This document shows, piece after piece, positions 51,294 to 62,518 of a stretch of DNA of 64,000 nucleotides (its first letter is position 1; the number at the start of each line of letters is the position of its first letter). Position numbers and translations under genes: made by a program. The stretch is from an uncultured delta proteobacterium (GTDB lineage Bacteria; Myxococcota; Kuafuiibacteriia; Kuafuiibacteriales; Kuafuiibacteriaceae): contig CAWDML010000001.1 in NCBI GenBank assembly GCA_963803435.1, forward strand, positions 1,568,001-1,632,000, read 5' to 3'. A model generated the notes under the pieces. That model did not search any database. It worked only from the letters and a program-made list of their open reading frames with translations, and was not told the DNA's origin.

Positions 51294-54200
51294 TCACTCC
51301 CGCGCGCCGGAGTCATCGTCTTCATCGTCGTCATCCGTCGCATCGTCGTCATCCTTGTCGCCGGCCGCCGGCGTCGCCTTGTCCTCCTCGGTTTGAGGCT
51401 GGGCTTTGGCCGCCATGCCGCTCTTGATCGACGCCAGGATGAAGCCCTCGGCGCCCTGGAAGTCGCGCTTCTGCAGATCAGGGAACTTGTTCGGGTTCAG
51501 CTCCTTCAGGTTGTTCTGCGCCGTCAGCGTGCAATCGTTGTAGACGTTCAGCTCGTACGCCTTGTTGAGCGCGTTCTCGAAGGCGCCGATCGCCTTCTCC
51601 TCCGGACCGAGGGCCACGGCGTCCAGCTCTGAGCTGTAGATCTCGATCCGATCCTCCGTGAGCCGGGGCGGCAACGGCGCCGAGCGGATGGTGTCCGCCA
51701 GGCCGCGGTAGGTCTGCCCCATGCGGGTCAGCGCGCAGATGCCGAAGTCACCGTTGCCGTAGCCGAGGATGGAGAGGAACTTGCCCTCCTTCTTGCACTT
51801 CGCGCTGTCGGTGCTCACGCAAGCCAGCTCCTCGGCGGTGGCGATCTTCTTCTGGAGCGTCGTACGCACCAGGGTCACCTTCATCTTGGCGTAGTTGTCG
51901 TACTCGGGCTCGAGGAGCTCGAAGGCGGCGTGCGCACCCGCCAGCCGGGACGCGTCCTCCTCCTGATCCTCTTCTTCGGCAGCTTGCCGTAGTTCGCGAC
52001 CAGCCACTTGTACTCGGCCATCGCCTTCGGCCGCATCTTCTGCTTCTCCAGCATCAGCGCGAAGCGATAGCGCGACTCGAACACCTTGGCGCGGCTCGCC
52101 TTCTTGTACTTCGACTCGAACTTCTCGTAGCAGTCGCCGGCCTTCTTCCAGTTCTGCTCGGTCTCGTGGAGTCCGCAGACGCGCCAGTAGACGTCCGAAG
52201 CGTCGGGCCGGTTGTCGAACTGCGTGTAGTAGTCCGTAAAGCGATCGATCGCCTCCTTGGTCTTGCCGAGGCCCTGGTAGTAGATGCCGGCGTTGAAGAG
52301 CGCGTCCGGGACCTTCTCGCTCTTCTTGAACTGCTTGGTGAAGTCCGTGTAGAGCTCCGCCGAGGTCTCGAAGTCTGCGATCCGCTCGTGGAACTCCGCG
52401 AGCAGCAGGTGGTTGCGCTCGACGTACTCCGACTTCGGATACTCGCGCTTCATCAGGTTCGCGACCTCGATCGCCTTGTCGAGCTCGTCCGCCTGGTTGT
52501 AGATCAGCACCGCCGAGAAGACGGCCTTGTCGGCGAAGTCGGACTTCGGGAACTCCTTCTGGAAGTTCTTGAAGCGGGTCGCCACCTGGCCGAGCGCGCC
52601 CTCCTTCTCCTCCTCCGAGCCCATCTTGCGCGCGCCTTCTTCGGCCACCTGGATGGCCTTGTAGGCCGAGCCCTCGACCAGCGCCTGGACCTCTTCCTTG
52701 AACTTCTTGTCGTTGCCCGCCAGCTTGTTGTTGTCGCGGAACGAGCGGGCGTACTTCTCCAGCTCCTCCCACTTCTTCTGGACGTTCAGCGAGTCGAGGA
52801 TCAGGTGCGCGCTCTTCTTGGAGAGCTCGTCCCCCGGCCAGCGATTGATGATCTCGAAGTAGCGCTCGGCGGCCGCCACGAAGTGGTTGTGCTTGTAGTA
52901 GAGGTAGGCGGCCTTGAACTTGATGGCCGGGAGCTCGTCGTCCTTCTGGTCGGCGATCTTGAAGTAGAGGTCGCACGCCTCGGAGAGCTTCAGCTCGGGC
53001 TCCGGGATCGGCTCCTCCTTGTACTCCTTGTCCTTCTCCAGGCCGGCCAGCTTGATTTGGTGACGCGCTTGGCGTCGGTGCCGCCCTTGTCCTTCTTCTC
53101 GGTGACCTTCATCGAGGCGTCGAGCTTGCCCGTGTCGCCTTCGGTGGCGATCTTCTCCCAGGACAGGATCGAGCTGTAGGCGGCGTCGCGGGCGTACTTG
53201 CCGCGGGCCTTCCCGTCCGGGTTCATCCGCGCCACCTTGTCGTACTGCTCGGCGGCGTTCTTCCACTCCTTCAGCGCGTAGAGCACCTCCGAGTAGAAGA
53301 AGCGCATCTGGTAGGCCGACTCCGTGTCGCTGAAGGCGTCGAGGTACTTCTTGTAGATGTCGCGGGCCAGCTGGTACGTCGCCACGTCCTGACGCTTCTG
53401 GGCGTCGCGGTGGTACTCGGTGACCAGGTCGCGGAGCTTCGACTCCGTGAGATCGTAGGCGTACTCGAGCGCCGCCTTGCCCTTGTCACCCTTGTCCTGC
53501 TGCGCCTTGTACCAGGGCGTGCCCGGCCGATAGAGATCGACCAGCCGCTCTACCTCCTGGCGGACCTTGTCCTTCTTGTTCATCTGGGCGTAGGCCTCGA
53601 CGATCGACGCCTGCAGGTACGGCGCCTTGTCGTTGAGCGCGTACTTGTCGATGAGCATGTTGTAGGTCTTGATCTCGAGCGGCCACTTGCCCTGCTCGTG
53701 GAAGAGCTGGCCGAGGCGGGTGGAGTACCGGTACGCGATCTCCTCGCCGCCCTTCTTGCGGAAGTAGGCGAAGGCGGTCTCGACCTCGTCGACGTAGCTG
53801 AAGAACCGGGAGAGGTCGCCCAGGGCCTCACCCTTGAGCTGCACGCTCTTGGTGTCGGTGCCCTTCTCGGACTTCTCGATCACCTCTTTGAGCTTCTTGA
53901 TGCCCTCGGCGTACTCCTGAACGTTGTAGTCGCACCAGGCGAGCTTGTAGAGCGAGTAGTTGTAGACGCGGGCCACGTCGGTGGCGAGGGCGCGCTCGTA
54001 CGCCTTGCGGGCCTTGGCCACGTTGTTGTCGTTGAAGAAGTGCTCGCCCAGCTGCAGGTAGGCGTCCGGGACCAGCTTGCTCTGCGGGAACTGCTTGATC
54101 AGCGTCCAGTAGTGGCTGACAGCCTTGTTCTTGTCGCCCGACTCGTACTCGTTGTAGCCGAGGTAGAAGAGCACCTCGTCGTTGCGCTCGTAGGTGGGGA

Positions 54201-54786
54201 ACTCGGTGAGCACCTTCTCGTACAGCTTGAGGGCGTTCTGCTTGATCAGCTCCGACTCACGGATGAAATCCTTGATCTCGGGCGGCTTGCCCCGCTGTCC
54301 GGCGTTGGACCAGTCACCGTAGTTCTTCTCATACTGGTCCATCTCGAGGCCGTACTTGTACTTGGACTTCTCCCAGTAGAGCTCGGCGAGCCGGAAGATC
54401 ATCTCCGACTTGCGGCCCTCGGGCGCCTTCGGGATCAGCTTCTTCAGCTCGTCGATCGCTTCGTCCCGCTTGGCGTCCGCCTGCTTCGTCCGCGTGATCT
54501 CCTTCTGGTCCAGCGTCGTCTCGACCTTGAAGCTCGCGGCCGTGTTGCGCTTGAGGGCGTCGTCGGCCGGCTCCCCCGGCTTATCGACCTCTTTCTTGTC
54601 GTCGCCCGGCTTGGCCGTGGTCTTGGTGGCCTTCTTCTCGCCCTTGGCCTTCGACTTCTTCTTCTTCTTCTTCTTTTTCTTGCTCGATCCCGCGCTCGCC
54701 GTGCTGGGCGAGACGAGGGTGGTGACGGCTGTAAAGCCGGTCACCACAGTGAGGATGAGCAGGAGCTTGCTGAGACGCTGAATCAT
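51294..54786 (-). CDS. gltD: GltD/AgmU-like large periplasmic TPR protein, frameshifts near 53058 and 51960
   Basis: FRLAELYWEKS, YKLAWC.YN, QVERLV.LY.PG.PW, AYELNVYN; three overlapping ORFs. Confidence 0.85.
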
Positions 54787-54955
54787 GAGCTTTTTGACCT
54801 CGATTACGGCCTTCGGGCCCGGACAATGCCCGACGGATGAGGGCAGAACGACCCGTCGAGTGACCGATGCTTGAGGAATTGGAAGGGGCTTGGCAACCGT
54901 CGATTGACGGGGCGGGACACCTGCTTTGGACACGCAGACGGCGCGCTGCGGCAGG

Positions 54956-56455
54956 CTACTCGAATACGTCGGGAATGCACTCGTCCTTGATGGAGTGCTC
55001 GTAATAGCCGAGCTCGTCGATCCAGTATTCGCCGCTGAAGGCCCAGTACTGGTACCGCGAGTCCGGGACCTCCGGACGGGGACCCTTGGCGCGCGGCCCC
55101 TTGGTGATGTCCTTGCCCGCCTCGAGCATCTTCCGCTCGGCGTCGGCGGTCTCGAACTTGATGATCCGCGCCTGGTTGAGGAAGTTCTCCAGGAAGACCG
55201 CCTCGCGCTTGATCTGGCCGCGCACCAGCTTCCCGGTCAGGGCCACCCGCTGCTCCCGCTGATCGTTGAGCAGATCCAGGAGCTGGGCCTTGAAGCTGCC
55301 CTCCGGGAACTTCTCTTTGGCCCGAGCGATCTCGCGATCGACCTCGCGCACCTGGGCCAGGAACTTCTGATAGCGCCGGTTCGTCTCCACCTGGAGGCGG
55401 ATCTCGGTGGGGAACTTCGGATCGCCCTTCACGACGAGGTCGACCATCTCGGCGTCGGTCTGGTCACCGTCGACGAACGGCTTCAGCTTGTCGCCCATGG
55501 GCTCGTAGAGCTTGAAGAAGCTCTCCAGCGCCACGCGGGTCCGGTCGAAGTGGCAGTTCTGGAAGTAGTTCGTCGCCTTCAGCACGAAGGACTCGGCGCG
55601 GTAGCGATCGTCGAAGTACGGCGACTGGATCGAGTGCACCATCCCGAGCGACTTTCCGAACTGCGCGTTCTGGAAGTACGCCCAGCCGGACTCGAACATG
55701 GCGTCGTACCAGTCGTCCGAGAAGCGCGGGACCTTCTCGTAGTACTCGACGCTCCGCTTGAAGTCGCCCTGCGAGTAGTACGCGCGGGCCTTCCCGAGGA
55801 GGGCCAGCCGGTAGAGCTTCTTGTCCTTGTCGTCGCTGGCGCTGCTGAGGCGGGTCTCGAGGTCCGAGAAGTACTTGATCGCCTCGGAGTAGTCCTCGGC
55901 GCCCTGCTCGGTGGCGGTCCGGACCGCCATGATGGCGAGGATGTAGCGGGCCTTCTTGTAGTACGGCGACGAGTCGGTGACGGCCTCGAGGAACTGCTTG
56001 GCCTCGCCGTAGTCCTGCTTTCGCTGTGAGATCATCCCGATCATGTAGTTGATCGCGTTGAGCTCGTCGGCCTTCAGGCGGGCGAACGCCTGCGAGTAGC
56101 CCTTGTTGATCAGCTCGGGGATCAGAGTGTCGTCGTCGATCTCCTCGGCGATCTTGAGGAGCCCCTCGGTCGCCTTGAGGAAGTACGGGTGCGAGTCGCC
56201 CGAGTTGAAGACCTCGCCGTAGAAGCGGAACGCCGGCAGGTTGTAGCCCGCCTTGTAGAGCGAGTGACCGAGGTAGTACTCGGCCTTCACCCGCGCGTCC
56301 GGATCCTCCGAGTTGGTCATCACGTCGTAGAACAGGAACGCCGCCTTCTCGTATTGATCGTCGTTGTAGGCCTGGATGGCCTGGTCGATGTTCTGCGCGC
56401 GCGCGGTGCTCGAAGCGAGCAGCACGAACGCGAGCGCCAGACCGAACCTCTTCAT
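54956..56455 (-). CDS. gltC: GltC-like TPR protein
   Basis: Signal peptide from ATG 56455; FESGWAYF, and C-terminal YW.F.GEYW.DELGYY...IKDEC. Confidence 0.88.
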   Translation of the reverse strand: MKRFGLALAFVLLASSTARAQNIDQAIQAYNDDQYEKAAFLFYDVMTNSEDPDARVKAEYYLGHSLYKAGYNLPAFRFYGEVFNSGDSHPYFLKATEGLLKIAEEIDDDTLIPELINKGYSQAFARLKADELNAINYMIGMISQRKQDYGEAKQFLEAVTDSSPYYKKARYILAIMAVRTATEQGAEDYSEAIKYFSDLETRLSSASDDKDKKLYRLALLGKARAYYSQGDFKRSVEYYEKVPRFSDDWYDAMFESGWAYFQNAQFGKSLGMVHSIQSPYFDDRYRAESFVLKATNYFQNCHFDRTRVALESFFKLYEPMGDKLKPFVDGDQTDAEMVDLVVKGDPKFPTEIRLQVETNRRYQKFLAQVREVDREIARAKEKFPEGSFKAQLLDLLNDQREQRVALTGKLVRGQIKREAVFLENFLNQARIIKFETADAERKMLEAGKDITKGPRAKGPRPEVPDSRYQYWAFSGEYWIDELGYYEHSIKDECIPDVFE

Positions 56456-56457
56456 CT

Positions 56458-57384
56458 TCAGTTTTCCTCGCCGCCGAGCAGGAAGCTGATGCCCACCTGC
56501 AGGAAGATGTTGTTGCGGACCGCGTCGGTGAAGCGCTGGGTCGGTTCGCTGGTCTGGGGCCGGAACACGCGGCTGACGAAGAGGTAGTCTTTGACCTCGA
56601 TCTTCAGCCCGATCCAGTTCGCGAAGTAGAAGCGGAACCCGCCGGACAGATGTCCCATGAAACGGAGCGTCGCCGGCTCGTAGACGAAGACCGCCTGGTC
56701 GCCGGTGACCTCTCCCTCCGGTGCGGGGCAGACCGCCGGATCGAAGCCGCGGTTCGGGTCGAGCATCATGCCCGGCGTGCACTGCACGCGCGTCTGGCCG
56801 ATGCCGCCCCCCGCGCCGAGATAGAACTGGAAGTTGCCGAGCGACGACCCGAAGATCTGGAGCTTCCCGTAGATGGGGCTCCACTGGACGCCGGCGGAGG
56901 CCACCCAGAGCATCTGGGTGAGCTTCGCGATCTCGGGGGTCAGCTTGCCCTCCTGGAGGATCTCGGTGGTGAGGGCCGACTCGGTCGGGAACATGTACCC
57001 GCCCGACAGCTCGAGCGCGAAGTTCTCCGCGAGATGCCAGCTGATGCTGAGCGCCGCGGCGAAGGTGGTGACGAACCGATCGGTGAAGCCGAACGAGCCC
57101 ATCGGCGTGATCTCGAAGGCCTTGTCGATCAGGTACGCCTTCCGCTGGACCGCGTAGATCGTCTCCTGATTGTCGGAGATACGGGCGAACGGCGCGCCCT
57201 TGCGACCGACCACCGGCTTCGGCGCGTCGTCCGACTTGGCGGCGTCGTCCGACTTGGCGGCGTCCGTCTTGGCGGCGCTGTCGTCCGCCGCCGCCGGCGT
57301 CTTCTCCTCGTCGTCGTCCTGCGCCCAGGCGGCCTGGCTCGCGAGGAGACCGGCCAGCACAACCGTGAACACCGTGCGCTTCAT
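56458..57384 (-). CDS. gltA: Myxobacterial outer-membrane beta-barrel, GltA-like
   Basis: IYAVQRK, WSPIYGK, FYL..G.G; immediately upstream of gltC. The A versus B assignment rests on gene order. Confidence 0.75.
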   Translation of the reverse strand: MKRTVFTVVLAGLLASQAAWAQDDDEEKTPAAADDSAAKTDAAKSDDAAKSDDAPKPVVGRKGAPFARISDNQETIYAVQRKAYLIDKAFEITPMGSFGFTDRFVTTFAAALSISWHLAENFALELSGGYMFPTESALTTEILQEGKLTPEIAKLTQMLWVASAGVQWSPIYGKLQIFGSSLGNFQFYLGAGGGIGQTRVQCTPGMMLDPNRGFDPAVCPAPEGEVTGDQAVFVYEPATLRFMGHLSGGFRFYFANWIGLKIEVKDYLFVSRVFRPQTSEPTQRFTDAVRNNIFLQVGISFLLGGEEN

Positions 57385-58209
57385 CTAGTCGTACTCCCCG
57401 AACGTGAACTGCAAGCCGGCTTGCAGCAGCAGGTGGTTGGTCAGCCCGCCGTGATCCGGGTCCGGATCCGGGTAGAAGTAGTCGCGGACCTCGATGCGGA
57501 TGCCGAGGCCGTTCCAGCCCAGATCCGGCAGCACGCCGAACGGCTTGATGATCAAGTATGGGACGAACAAGAGGATGGGCATCCACGGATCGACGTCGAA
57601 GATGCGAAGACCGATCCCTCCGTTGAAGCCGTACGTGATCTTGTTGGTGGCGGGGAGCGGGCTGTCGAGCTGGCCTTCCGCACGCTTGGTCCCGATGCCG
57701 CCACCGCCGGCCACCAGGTAGATGTCGAACGAGGGATCGAGCTCGGAGGCAAAGGAGAGCTTGCCGTAGAACGGCACCACCACCACGTCCAGACTGCCGT
57801 TCCAGACCATCTGGAAGAGATCGGAGAGCGGCGGATGCTCCAGGCCGGGGAAGTTCACCCGGACCTCCTTCATGATGTTCGTCTCATCGCTGAAGTAGTA
57901 GCTGCCGGACAGCTCGAGCCCGAAGATGTCGGTGAACATGAACTGGTACGCGAGCTGCGCGCCGGTGCCCTGGACGAACTTCGTGACGATCGAGGTGGAG
58001 AAGAACAGCGCGAGGTGCTGGCGGCCGCCCATTCCGAAGCGCTTGTCGAGCAACGTCGGCAAGAGCGCCGGATCCTCGCCGCCCTGGAGCGCGTAGGCTT
58101 CTCTCGCGGCGCCGGCCGTAACCGCCAACGCCACGGAAAAGGCCAATCCGACGCGGATCTGCGCCTTTCTCCTGCTGATCAACGATGAGGGTCCTATTAG
58201 GCTTCGCAT
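57385..58209 (-). CDS. gltB: Myxobacterial outer-membrane beta-barrel, GltB-like
   Basis: PFYGKLSF..EL..FDIYL..G.G, IRIEVRDY; paralogous to the next gene; start uncertain. Confidence 0.72.
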   Translation of the reverse strand: MRSLIGPSSLISRRKAQIRVGLAFSVALAVTAGAAREAYALQGGEDPALLPTLLDKRFGMGGRQHLALFFSTSIVTKFVQGTGAQLAYQFMFTDIFGLELSGSYYFSDETNIMKEVRVNFPGLEHPPLSDLFQMVWNGSLDVVVVPFYGKLSFASELDPSFDIYLVAGGGGIGTKRAEGQLDSPLPATNKITYGFNGGIGLRIFDVDPWMPILLFVPYLIIKPFGVLPDLGWNGLGIRIEVRDYFYPDPDPDHGGLTNHLLLQAGLQFTFGEYD

Positions 58210-58337
58210 GGTTTCGAGTCGCCGATCTCGCCGATCACTCCAGGACTCGTGCAGACCTCCGGAATGATTGGCGCAGTCGCTACCATGCGACCGGTAGGGT
58301 GGCAACCTTCAGGTTGGAGATACGACGGGTGGCGGAG

Positions 58338-59744
58338 CTACTCGAAGGACGCGATCCCATACGGCGTGAAGACGGGTCCCCCGACACCCGCCTGTCTGAA
58401 GAACCCGACGTTCTCGGTGTTCTCGATGAGCACCACGTTCGTCGACTCGGAGCTGGTGCTCCGCGTGGTGATGACCCTTGCCGATCCGAAGGCCGCCAGG
58501 TGTCGATAGCTCTCGGAGCCGGTCGGGAGACCACTGACCATCTGCTTTCCACCCTGCGGTGACACCCGGATCACCGAACCGGAGAGGCCGACGTAGAAGG
58601 CGCCGTCGGGCCGCCAGAGCAGATTGAGCCCGGTGGAAATGTCCGTGGTGACAGCCCGCTGCTCGAACCCGGTGGCCGGATCGATCTGAATCAGACGGCC
58701 GTTCGTCATGCTCTCCAGCACGAAGAGATGCCCCATGTCGTCGGCGGCGGCGCCCGACCAGGCCGCGTTCGGGTTCGGCGCGTTGAACGAGTGCGAGAAG
58801 GTGCCGTCCTCGTTCCAGACGTGCACCACGGTCTCCTGGCTCCGCGCGTAGTAGTAGTCGATCAGGACGACCCGGCCATCGGAGAGCTGCGTGAGGCCGG
58901 TGCCCGTCTGCGACGAGTCGATGATTGGCGTTGCCCCGTCCTCGAACTGGAAGTCGGGCAGCTGCGAGTTCTCCCCGTCCAGCGCGAAGCGGCGGATCCG
59001 CGGAGGCGAGGCGCCGTCGTCGTAGACCAGGAGCGTACCGTCCCTCGCCATCCAGAGGTCCTCGGGGCTGTCGACGAAGCTCGAGCCGCTGAGCAATCGG
59101 CCTTGCGTAAAATTGACGCTCTTCGCGGGCAGGCCGTCGGAAGCGACGGTGTAGACGTCAGAATAGCCGCTGAGGGCGATGTTGCCGCGGACCGTCACCG
59201 ACGCCTCCGCCGAGACGTCGGGCCCGCCGGTCGCCGTCGCGTGCACGCGCACCGTGAAGGTGGTGGTGCTGAACCAGGTCGGCACCTCGGAGACGAGGAA
59301 CTGGGCCACGCCGGTGACCGGATCGACGCTGTACGTGAGCGAGAGGTCCGAGAGGCGCGCGTCGGGGAGGCCCGGGCGGCGCGCGGCGGTGATCTCCGCG
59401 GTCGCGCCGGAAAACGCGAGCACCTGGCCGTCGTCCCGGACGGTCGGCGTCAGGACGACCATCTCGCGGACGTTGGCCACCTCGACCGACGGGACCAGCG
59501 CCTCGATGCAGTAGCCGCCACCCGAGCAGCCGGGATTGCCGGCGTCGGATCCGCCGTCCAGCTCGCCGCCGGCGTCCCCGACCTCGCCGGTGTCAACCGG
59601 GCTTGCATCCTTGTCGAGCAATCCGCCGTCCGGCTCGGCGTCGGCGTGCGAAGCGTCGTCGCACTCGAGGACGGTGATCTTCTCGCAGCCGAGCACCAAC
59701 GCGAGCGGGAGGCAGAGGAAGACCGTGCGCATCGGTGAGGACAT
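58338..59744 (-). CDS. Lipoprotein with DAG/DGG linker and C-terminal beta-propeller-like region
   Basis: Lipobox VLGC; repeated P..L....DG.L.V-type blades. Confidence 0.72.
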   Translation of the reverse strand: MSSPMRTVFLCLPLALVLGCEKITVLECDDASHADAEPDGGLLDKDASPVDTGEVGDAGGELDGGSDAGNPGCSGGGYCIEALVPSVEVANVREMVVLTPTVRDDGQVLAFSGATAEITAARRPGLPDARLSDLSLTYSVDPVTGVAQFLVSEVPTWFSTTTFTVRVHATATGGPDVSAEASVTVRGNIALSGYSDVYTVASDGLPAKSVNFTQGRLLSGSSFVDSPEDLWMARDGTLLVYDDGASPPRIRRFALDGENSQLPDFQFEDGATPIIDSSQTGTGLTQLSDGRVVLIDYYYARSQETVVHVWNEDGTFSHSFNAPNPNAAWSGAAADDMGHLFVLESMTNGRLIQIDPATGFEQRAVTTDISTGLNLLWRPDGAFYVGLSGSVIRVSPQGGKQMVSGLPTGSESYRHLAAFGSARVITTRSTSSESTNVVLIENTENVGFFRQAGVGGPVFTPYGIASFE

Positions 59745-59777
59745 ACGCCCACCCGGCGCCGATCTGTCCATCGGGCG

Positions 59778-60533
59778 TCAGTGTCCGAGGAGCGCGCCGT
59801 AGGCCTCGCCTGCGTCGCCAGGGAGCCCGCTGACCGCCAGCATCTGCCAGCCGTCGGCGTCGGCGTGGCCCACCGCGATCAACCGCCAGCCGGCGTAGGC
59901 ACGCTTGCGGTCGCGGCGGACCAGCACGCGGACGCGATCGCCCGCGGAGAACGGCCCTACCCCGCCGTCGGCGAGGATCAGCTGCTTCTCGTCGTCGCCG
60001 TCGAGGTCCATCTCGAGGACGCTCTGCTTCTCGTGCACGCGGTAGCGGATCGACAGGATCACGCCCTTCTTCGTGACGAGGTCGGCGCCGTCGCCCTCGT
60101 CGTCCAGACGACGCAGGAGCGTGCGGATCAACGGCGCGAGGTCGGAGCTGCTGGGATCGATCTCGGAGACCAGCATCGCGGCGGCCGCGGCGGCGTCGTC
60201 ATCGTAGCCGGCCAGCACGCGGACCAGGCGATAGCCGGCGCCGCGCGCGTAGAGCTGGTCGGCGAAGGAGTGGCGGGCGGAGAGGCGCGCCGAGAGGTAG
60301 TACTGGACGGCGCGCGTCATGTTGCCCTGCTCCTCCTCGGAGAGGCCGTTGTTGAAGAGACGGCGGGGAGACAGGATGGCGCCCGTCCGGAGCGGCGCGG
60401 CCCGGACCAGCACCCCGCTCCCGCCGTCCCGGCTTCGCGGGATGACCTCCGTCCTGGAGGCCTCCGGCTTCGCGAAGGCTTCGGGCGCCACGAGCAGCAG
60501 CGCCAACGCCAGATGGACCGGGATCGACCTCAC
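59778..60533 (-). CDS. Hypothetical secreted protein
   Basis: GTG start, signal peptide ending AFA, coding-like codon bias. Confidence 0.65.
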   Translation of the reverse strand: MRSIPVHLALALLLVAPEAFAKPEASRTEVIPRSRDGGSGVLVRAAPLRTGAILSPRRLFNNGLSEEEQGNMTRAVQYYLSARLSARHSFADQLYARGAGYRLVRVLAGYDDDAAAAAAMLVSEIDPSSSDLAPLIRTLLRRLDDEGDGADLVTKKGVILSIRYRVHEKQSVLEMDLDGDDEKQLILADGGVGPFSAGDRVRVLVRRDRKRAYAGWRLIAVGHADADGWQMLAVSGLPGDAGEAYGALLGH

Positions 60534-60783
60534 CCCGGGGTCGACGCATCTTCAAGGTTGGTGCCGAAGCGCGAGGCATCACAGGTTGCCGATTCGGGCC
60601 GGTCCGAGTCGGAGATTCGGATCCGGGGGACGGGACCGCGCTCGCGTGATCGCGTGAAAACATCGTCATTTCCAAAGGATGAAGACCTCCGCGCTCCCGG
60701 AAGATTTTTTCCGGGTCGGAACAATGACGGAGACTCCGAACTTCACGGCGCCGATCTGTGGAAATGCGCGTAGAACACCCCTG

Positions 60784-62511
60784 ATGCCGGGGGGCGATCC
60801 GAGCAACCCGAGCGGCGGGGGGCCGCGGATCCACACGACCGGCGGGACGCCCATCCCGCACGTCGGTCGTGTCCTCGGCGATCGCTGGGAGGTCGGCGCG
60901 CGGATCGGCGTCGGCGGGATGGCGTCCGTGCACGCCGCGCACGATCGGCGTCTCGAGCGGCCGGTCGCGATCAAGATCCTCCATCACCACGTCGCGGAGA
61001 GCGCGGATGCACGCGAGCGGCTGGCTCGCGAGGCCCGCGCGATCGCGCAGCTCAAGCACGAGAACGTCATCGAGGTCTACGACTACTCGATCGACGATCC
61101 GGACTGCACGTGGCTCGTCACCGAGCTGATCGAGGGCTATTCGCTGCGCCAGTTCCTCGATCGCAGCGAGACGCCCCCGCCCGAGGTCGCGGTGATGATC
61201 GTCGCCGAGGTGGTCCGCGCGCTCAAGGCCGCCCACGCGGTCGGCGTCGTCCACCGGGACGTCAAGCCCGACAACATCCTGATCGGACGCTGCGAGGGCC
61301 GCCCGAAGCTCTCCGACTTCGGGATCGCGAAGGTCGTCAGCGAGTCGCCGATGACGATCACCGGCAATCTGGTCGGCTCGCCCAGCTACATGTCGCCGGA
61401 GCAGGCGGACGGGCAGCACACCGACCACCGCACCGATCTCTACAGCACGGGTACGCTCCTGTATCGGCTGGTCACCGGCACGCTCCCGTTCCGCGGCCTC
61501 ACGCCGATGGACACGATCCGCAAGGTCTCGACGGGACAGTACATCGATCCGATGGAGCTCCTGCCCGGATGTCCCAGCACGATCGCGGCGATCATCCGTA
61601 AGGCGCTCACGCCCAAGATCGACGAGCGCTACCAGTCGGCCGAGGAGATGCTGGCGGACCTGGGACAGGTGCTCCAGGACGCGGGCCTCTCGGCGACCTG
61701 GGACGAGCTTCCGAAGTTCTTCGCCCAGCCGGCGGCGTACTGGGACCTGCTCAAGCCGAGGCTCGCGCGGGACCTGGAGGCGCGGGGCAAGGCGCTGCTC
61801 GAAGCGGGCCAGGAGAGCCGCGCCGTCGACTGCTTCAACCGCGCCATCGCGCTCGGCGACGGCAGCCAGAACACGTTCGATCTGGTGCGGCAGCTCTCGA
61901 AGCGCCGCAACGCAGGGCGGGTCCGCCGCTTCGTGTGGGCCACCGCGCTCGCGGCCGGCGGCATCGCGATGATCACCGCGGTGCTGCTCGTGACGGATCT
62001 GCTGTCGTCGTCGCCGTCCAACCCGCCGCCGCCGGCGATGGCCTCGGAGCCGCCGCCGGCGCCGCCGATCGAGGTGGAGAGGGCGAAGCTGGCGCCGGAC
62101 GTCCAGCCGGTGCTCGAGGACCCGATGCCAGAGGCGCCCGAGGCCAAGGCGATCGACGCCAAGGCGTCGAGGACGGAGAAGGCGGAGAGCCCCCGGCGAA
62201 GGATGCCCCGCCGGGCGAAGAAGCGTTCGGCCCCTCCCCCCGCGCCGGAGCCGGTCGAGAAGGATCCGCCCAAGGACCAGCCCAAGACACTCTACGGGAC
62301 GCTGCAGGTCGGGAGTGACAAGTGGGTCGACGTCTACGTCGACGGCAACCGCGTGGGGCGGGCACCCGATCGAACCCAGTACCCGCTGACGCCGGGCGAG
62401 CACCGCTTGCGCGCCGAGAAGCCGAATTCCAATTGCCTCCCCTTCGAGAGGGCGTTCACAATCAGCGCCGGGGAGACGACCCGCGTTCGACTGAAGGTTG
62501 TCTGTCCCTGA
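60784..62511 (+). CDS. Hanks-type Ser/Thr protein kinase with TM segment and C-terminal PEGA-like domain
   Basis: GVGGMASV, VAIK, HRDVKPDN, DFG and YMSPEQ; TM; VDVYVDG..VG..P...L.PG.H. Start uncertain. Confidence 0.93.
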   Translation: MPGGDPSNPSGGGPRIHTTGGTPIPHVGRVLGDRWEVGARIGVGGMASVHAAHDRRLERPVAIKILHHHVAESADARERLAREARAIAQLKHENVIEVYDYSIDDPDCTWLVTELIEGYSLRQFLDRSETPPPEVAVMIVAEVVRALKAAHAVGVVHRDVKPDNILIGRCEGRPKLSDFGIAKVVSESPMTITGNLVGSPSYMSPEQADGQHTDHRTDLYSTGTLLYRLVTGTLPFRGLTPMDTIRKVSTGQYIDPMELLPGCPSTIAAIIRKALTPKIDERYQSAEEMLADLGQVLQDAGLSATWDELPKFFAQPAAYWDLLKPRLARDLEARGKALLEAGQESRAVDCFNRAIALGDGSQNTFDLVRQLSKRRNAGRVRRFVWATALAAGGIAMITAVLLVTDLLSSSPSNPPPPAMASEPPPAPPIEVERAKLAPDVQPVLEDPMPEAPEAKAIDAKASRTEKAESPRRRMPRRAKKRSAPPPAPEPVEKDPPKDQPKTLYGTLQVGSDKWVDVYVDGNRVGRAPDRTQYPLTPGEHRLRAEKPNSNCLPFERAFTISAGETTRVRLKVVCP

Positions 62512-62518
62512 AGCGAAC

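Noticed and set aside
360-54786. Widespread pseudogenisation or programmed frameshifting (DsbA-like, cheBR, two WD40 genes, gltD, gltE, IS110 and others)
   Set aside because: About a dozen isolated frame changes with intact sequence on both sides and almost no nonsense codons fit long-read assembly indels better; read-level confirmation is needed.
57220-57285. 18-nt tandem repeat in the gltA-like gene and poly-Lys tract in gltD (~54650-54680)
   Set aside because: Low-complexity linkers after signal peptides; in-frame, with no sign of phase variation.
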